Below, in pieces: positions 62,093-64,000 of a stretch of 64,000 bases of DNA. The first letter of the stretch is position 1, and each line of letters opens with the position of its first letter. Under the pieces are notes generated by a model, which searched no databases, had not been told where the DNA came from, and saw only the letters and a list, made by a program, of their open reading frames with translations. The translations under genes and the position numbers were made by a program. The stretch is from Persephonella sp. IF05-L8. Lineage in GTDB: Bacteria > Aquificota > Aquificia > Aquificales > Hydrogenothermaceae. The DNA lies in assembly GCF_000703045.1 (NCBI RefSeq), contig NZ_JNLJ01000005.1, positions 37,023 through 101,022 on the forward strand, in the 5' to 3' direction.

Positions 62093-62772
62093 TCTTCTTT
62101 CAATCTATATCCAACTCCCCTTACAGTTTCAATAATATCACTGTAGGGGGAGAGTTTATCCCTTAATTTTTTTATATGAACATCTATTGTCCTGTCATAA
62201 ACATCAAGCTCATCTTTCCATATCTGGGATAAAATCTGTTCCCGTGATAAAACCTTTCCTTTATTGTTTATTAGAAGCATGAGAAGTCTAAACTCTTTTG
62301 AAGTAAGGGGTATTTCCTTTCCTTCAATTTTTACCTCAAATTTTTCAGGGAAAATCTCAATTCCCTTTACTTTTATATAGCTTCTTTTTTCTTTGTCCTT
62401 ACAGCCTGTTCTTCTAAGAATGGCTCTTATTCTTGCCACTACTTCTCTAAGGGAAAATGGTTTTGTAATATAATCATCTGCTCCCAGTTCAAGACCTACA
62501 ATTTTATCTATTTCTGTGCTTTTTGCAGTTAACATAATAATTGGGATTTCTGAAAATCTTTCATCACTTTTTAGCTTTTTACAGAACTCAAGGCCATCCA
62601 TATCTGGAAGCATAATATCCAGCAAGATAATATCAGGTTTCTCTTTTTCGAGGGATTGAAGGGCTGGAATGCTACTGAGAAAGGATTTTACATCAAATCC
62701 TTCTTTTCTGAGATTAAAAACAAGAAGTTCATTTATATCTTCGTCGTCTTCTACTACATAGACAAGGCTCAT
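62089..62772 (-). CDS. OmpR/PhoB-family response regulator (orphan, no adjacent histidine kinase)
   Basis: Receiver domain (VYVVEDDEDI, phospho-Asp in ILLDIMLPDMDG, K in LTAKS); winged-helix C-domain (RTIDVHIKKLRDKL, VRGVGYRL). ATG at 62772 has a GGGGAATTGG SD; the listed GTG start 62802 would run into the SRP RNA. Confidence 0.85.
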   Translation of the reverse strand: MSLVYVVEDDEDINELLVFNLRKEGFDVKSFLSSIPALQSLEKEKPDIILLDIMLPDMDGLEFCKKLKSDERFSEIPIIMLTAKSTEIDKIVGLELGADDYITKPFSLREVVARIRAILRRTGCKDKEKRSYIKVKGIEIFPEKFEVKIEGKEIPLTSKEFRLLMLLINNKGKVLSREQILSQIWKDELDVYDRTIDVHIKKLRDKLSPYSDIIETVRGVGYRLKED

Positions 62773-62791
62773 CCAATTCCCCGAATATGTT

Positions 62792-62889
62792 AAGCCGGGC
62801 ACCCCCTACCGGCGTAGGGAAACTGGCTTACCGTTGCTCCCTTCCGGGCCTGGCGGGGTTCACCAGCCCCTACCCGGAGGGACCCGGCG
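62792..62889 (-). ncRNA. ffs: signal recognition particle RNA (4.5S / ffs)
   Basis: Minus-strand RNA CGCCGGGUCCCUCC...CCAGGCCCGGAAGGGAGCAACGG...GGGGGUGCCCGGCUU. It carries the SRP domain IV motif CAGG(U/C)CCGGAAGGNAGCA. The terminal helix pairs GCCGGG with CCCGGC. The local island is more than 65% GC in a genome that is about 33% GC. Confidence 0.8.
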
Positions 62890-62908
62890 ATTTTATATCT
62901 TATTCCAC

Positions 62909-62999
62909 TGGCGGATGGGGTGGGATTTGAACCCACGGTGCGGATAAACCGCACACAGCATTTCCAGTGCTGCCCCTTCGGCCGCTCGGGCACCCATCC
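62909..62999 (-). tRNA. tRNA-Ser (GGA anticodon) with long variable arm and encoded CCA
   Basis: Acceptor GGAUGGG/CCCAUCC; discriminator G; anticodon stem CAGCA/UGCUG with loop CUGGAAA; 19-nt variable arm; T-arm GUGGGUUCAAAUCCCAC; 91 nt. Confidence 0.9.
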
Positions 63000-63011
63000 A
63001 GCAGATTTTCT

Positions 63012-63039
63012 ATTATATGTTATTTTATCATAATTGCAA
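63012..63039 (-). promoter_or_regulatory. sigma-70-like promoter for the tRNA-Ser / SRP RNA transcript (TTGCAA-16 nt-TATAAT)
   Basis: On the minus strand: TTGCAA (63039-63034), 16-nt spacer, TATAAT (63017-63012), 12 nt before the tRNA-Ser 5' end. Confidence 0.55.
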
Positions 63040-63043
63040 CTTC

Positions 63044-63487
63044 TCAGCCCTGTTTTATGTTGAATTCTTTGATAAGTTCCTCAGTTGTAAGGACTTTTAT
63101 ATCAGGAGAGTAAAAATCTTTATCATTTGTCAGAATTAAATCGCATCCTTCATTTTTGGCTAATACATACTGAATTGTGTCTTCTAAATCCTTAAAGTTT
63201 TTGTCATTTTCCATCAAGTAAATGCTTTCTCTAACTTCATAGTCAGAAAAGGAGATTATAGAATAAACGTTAAGTAAAATTTTAATATCGTATAATGCTC
63301 CTTTTCCGTACTTTTTTTTCAATACATAGTAAACGGTAGTAATCAAATCGCAGCTGGTAAATAATTCTATATTTCTACTCTGCAAAAGATATCTTATTGC
63401 TTTGGTGGCAGACTCATTTTCTTTTCTGGTTTTATCAAATGTATCAATAATTACATTAGCATCTACAAAAACCTTATTAATATTCAC
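63044..63487 (-). CDS. vapC: PIN-domain toxin (VapC-like)
   Basis: N-terminal VFVDANVIID (conserved Asp), later acidic residues including TNDKDF; 147 aa; overlaps the antitoxin gene by 11 nt. Confidence 0.75.
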   Translation of the reverse strand: MNINKVFVDANVIIDTFDKTRKENESATKAIRYLLQSRNIELFTSCDLITTVYYVLKKKYGKGALYDIKILLNVYSIISFSDYEVRESIYLMENDKNFKDLEDTIQYVLAKNEGCDLILTNDKDFYSPDIKVLTTEELIKEFNIKQG

Positions 63488-63740
63488 TTCCCATTTCCTC
63501 TTTTAGTTCCTGGAATGATTTGCCTTCAGTAATTCCTGCATATTCTTCAGCTCTTTTAACTATTTGCTCAAAAGCCTCTTTTCTTTTTTTTCTTCTGTAT
63601 TCTTTTATCTTTTCTTCCAGTAGCTCTTCAATCAAAACACTTTGGGGCTTTTTGTAATACTCAGCCATTTCCCTTAATGCCATTTCTACACTTTCAGACA
63701 AAACTATATTTTTTCTTACCTTTTTTTCTGCAGTTCTCAT
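63477..63740 (-). CDS. vapB: ribbon-helix-helix (CopG/VapB-like) antitoxin
   Basis: 87 aa; KVRKNIVLSESVEMALREMAEYY RHH motif; directly upstream of and overlapping the PIN gene. Confidence 0.65.
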   Translation of the reverse strand: MRTAEKKVRKNIVLSESVEMALREMAEYYKKPQSVLIEELLEEKIKEYRRKKRKEAFEQIVKRAEEYAGITEGKSFQELKEEMGSEY

Positions 63741-63866
63741 CTTGCCTTCTCCTTACACACTTAAATTATACACACCTAAATATATACACAAATTAATAAT
63801 ACGTCAACTTGAAAATAATTTTCGTATGGTATATCGTTATTTAAAATAAACTATAACGGTAGGAGT

Positions 63867-64000
63867 ATGAAAAATATACTTTTTGCGTTGCTTTTGCTTT
63901 TTTATGTTTCTTACGGAGAGACACTTACTATAGCAGCAGCTGCCAATGTCCAGTATGCTTTAAAAGAGATTACACAGGAATTTCAGAAAAGATATCCAGC
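63867..64000 (+). CDS. modA: molybdate ABC transporter substrate-binding protein, N-terminal fragment (runs off window)
   Basis: Signal peptide MKNILFALLLLFYVSYG; then ETLTIAAAANVQYALKEITQEF, the typical ModA start; GGTAGGAG immediately 5' of the ATG. Confidence 0.6.
   Translation, partial: MKNILFALLLLFYVSYGETLTIAAAANVQYALKEITQEFQKRYP

Noticed and set aside
62790-62993. 67-aa ORF (minus strand) in the ORF track
   Set aside because: It lies entirely across the tRNA-Ser and SRP RNA genes. GC-rich structured RNA produces the open frame, so it is not coding.

Overview
The window is AT-rich (about one third GC), densely packed bacterial chromosome. The lysine- and glutamate-rich proteins and the gene content (split carB, TrmH, AmmeMemoRadiSam, cdaA-ybbR, folP) suggest a thermophilic Aquificota-like genome; this is inference, not a database result. 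I could not run homology searches. Product calls rest on sequence motifs I can read in the ORF translations and on my own reverse-complement translations.

Most of the window is core housekeeping: grpE-dnaJ, dnaN-gyrB, gltB, purE, lepB, pyrC, argJ, leuA, transaldolase, thrS, folP, the N-terminal half of a split carB, ubiD, a nuoG-like gene, tldD and gmhB. The most distinctive block is a type IV pilus / T2SS-like machinery locus in two divergent operons at 8.1-19.1 kb. One operon runs pilin-pilB-pilC and ends with a translationally coupled patatin-like lipase. The other runs a PilM/N-like fusion, PilO-like, PilP-like, secretin and TPR genes, then a 460-aa pilin-like protein with Ig-like repeats and a Cys-rich C-terminus, and finally an overlapping monoheme cytochrome c.

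RNA genes found are tRNA-Met/Ile2(CAT) with a near-consensus promoter, and tRNA-Ser(GGA) co-oriented with a 4.5S SRP RNA that none of the six-frame ORFs accounts for, directly upstream of an orphan OmpR-type response regulator.

Small accessory-like modules:
- a Dam-type methyltransferase operon with a 1-nt-coupled unknown 188-aa protein and an ABC exporter;
- a HEPN gene interrupted by a single in-frame TGA, plus a small overlapping ORF;
- a VapBC pair beside tRNA-Ser;
- tandem paralogous small membrane coiled-coil proteins next to OsmC and an SPFH protein;
- an acidic coiled-coil protein coupled to nuoG.

I found no CRISPR array, integrase, transposase or rRNA. Nothing here is a clear-cut large novel system. 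The best candidates for follow-up are the pilus-cytochrome-adhesin arrangement, the Dam operon partner and the recoded or pseudogenised HEPN locus.
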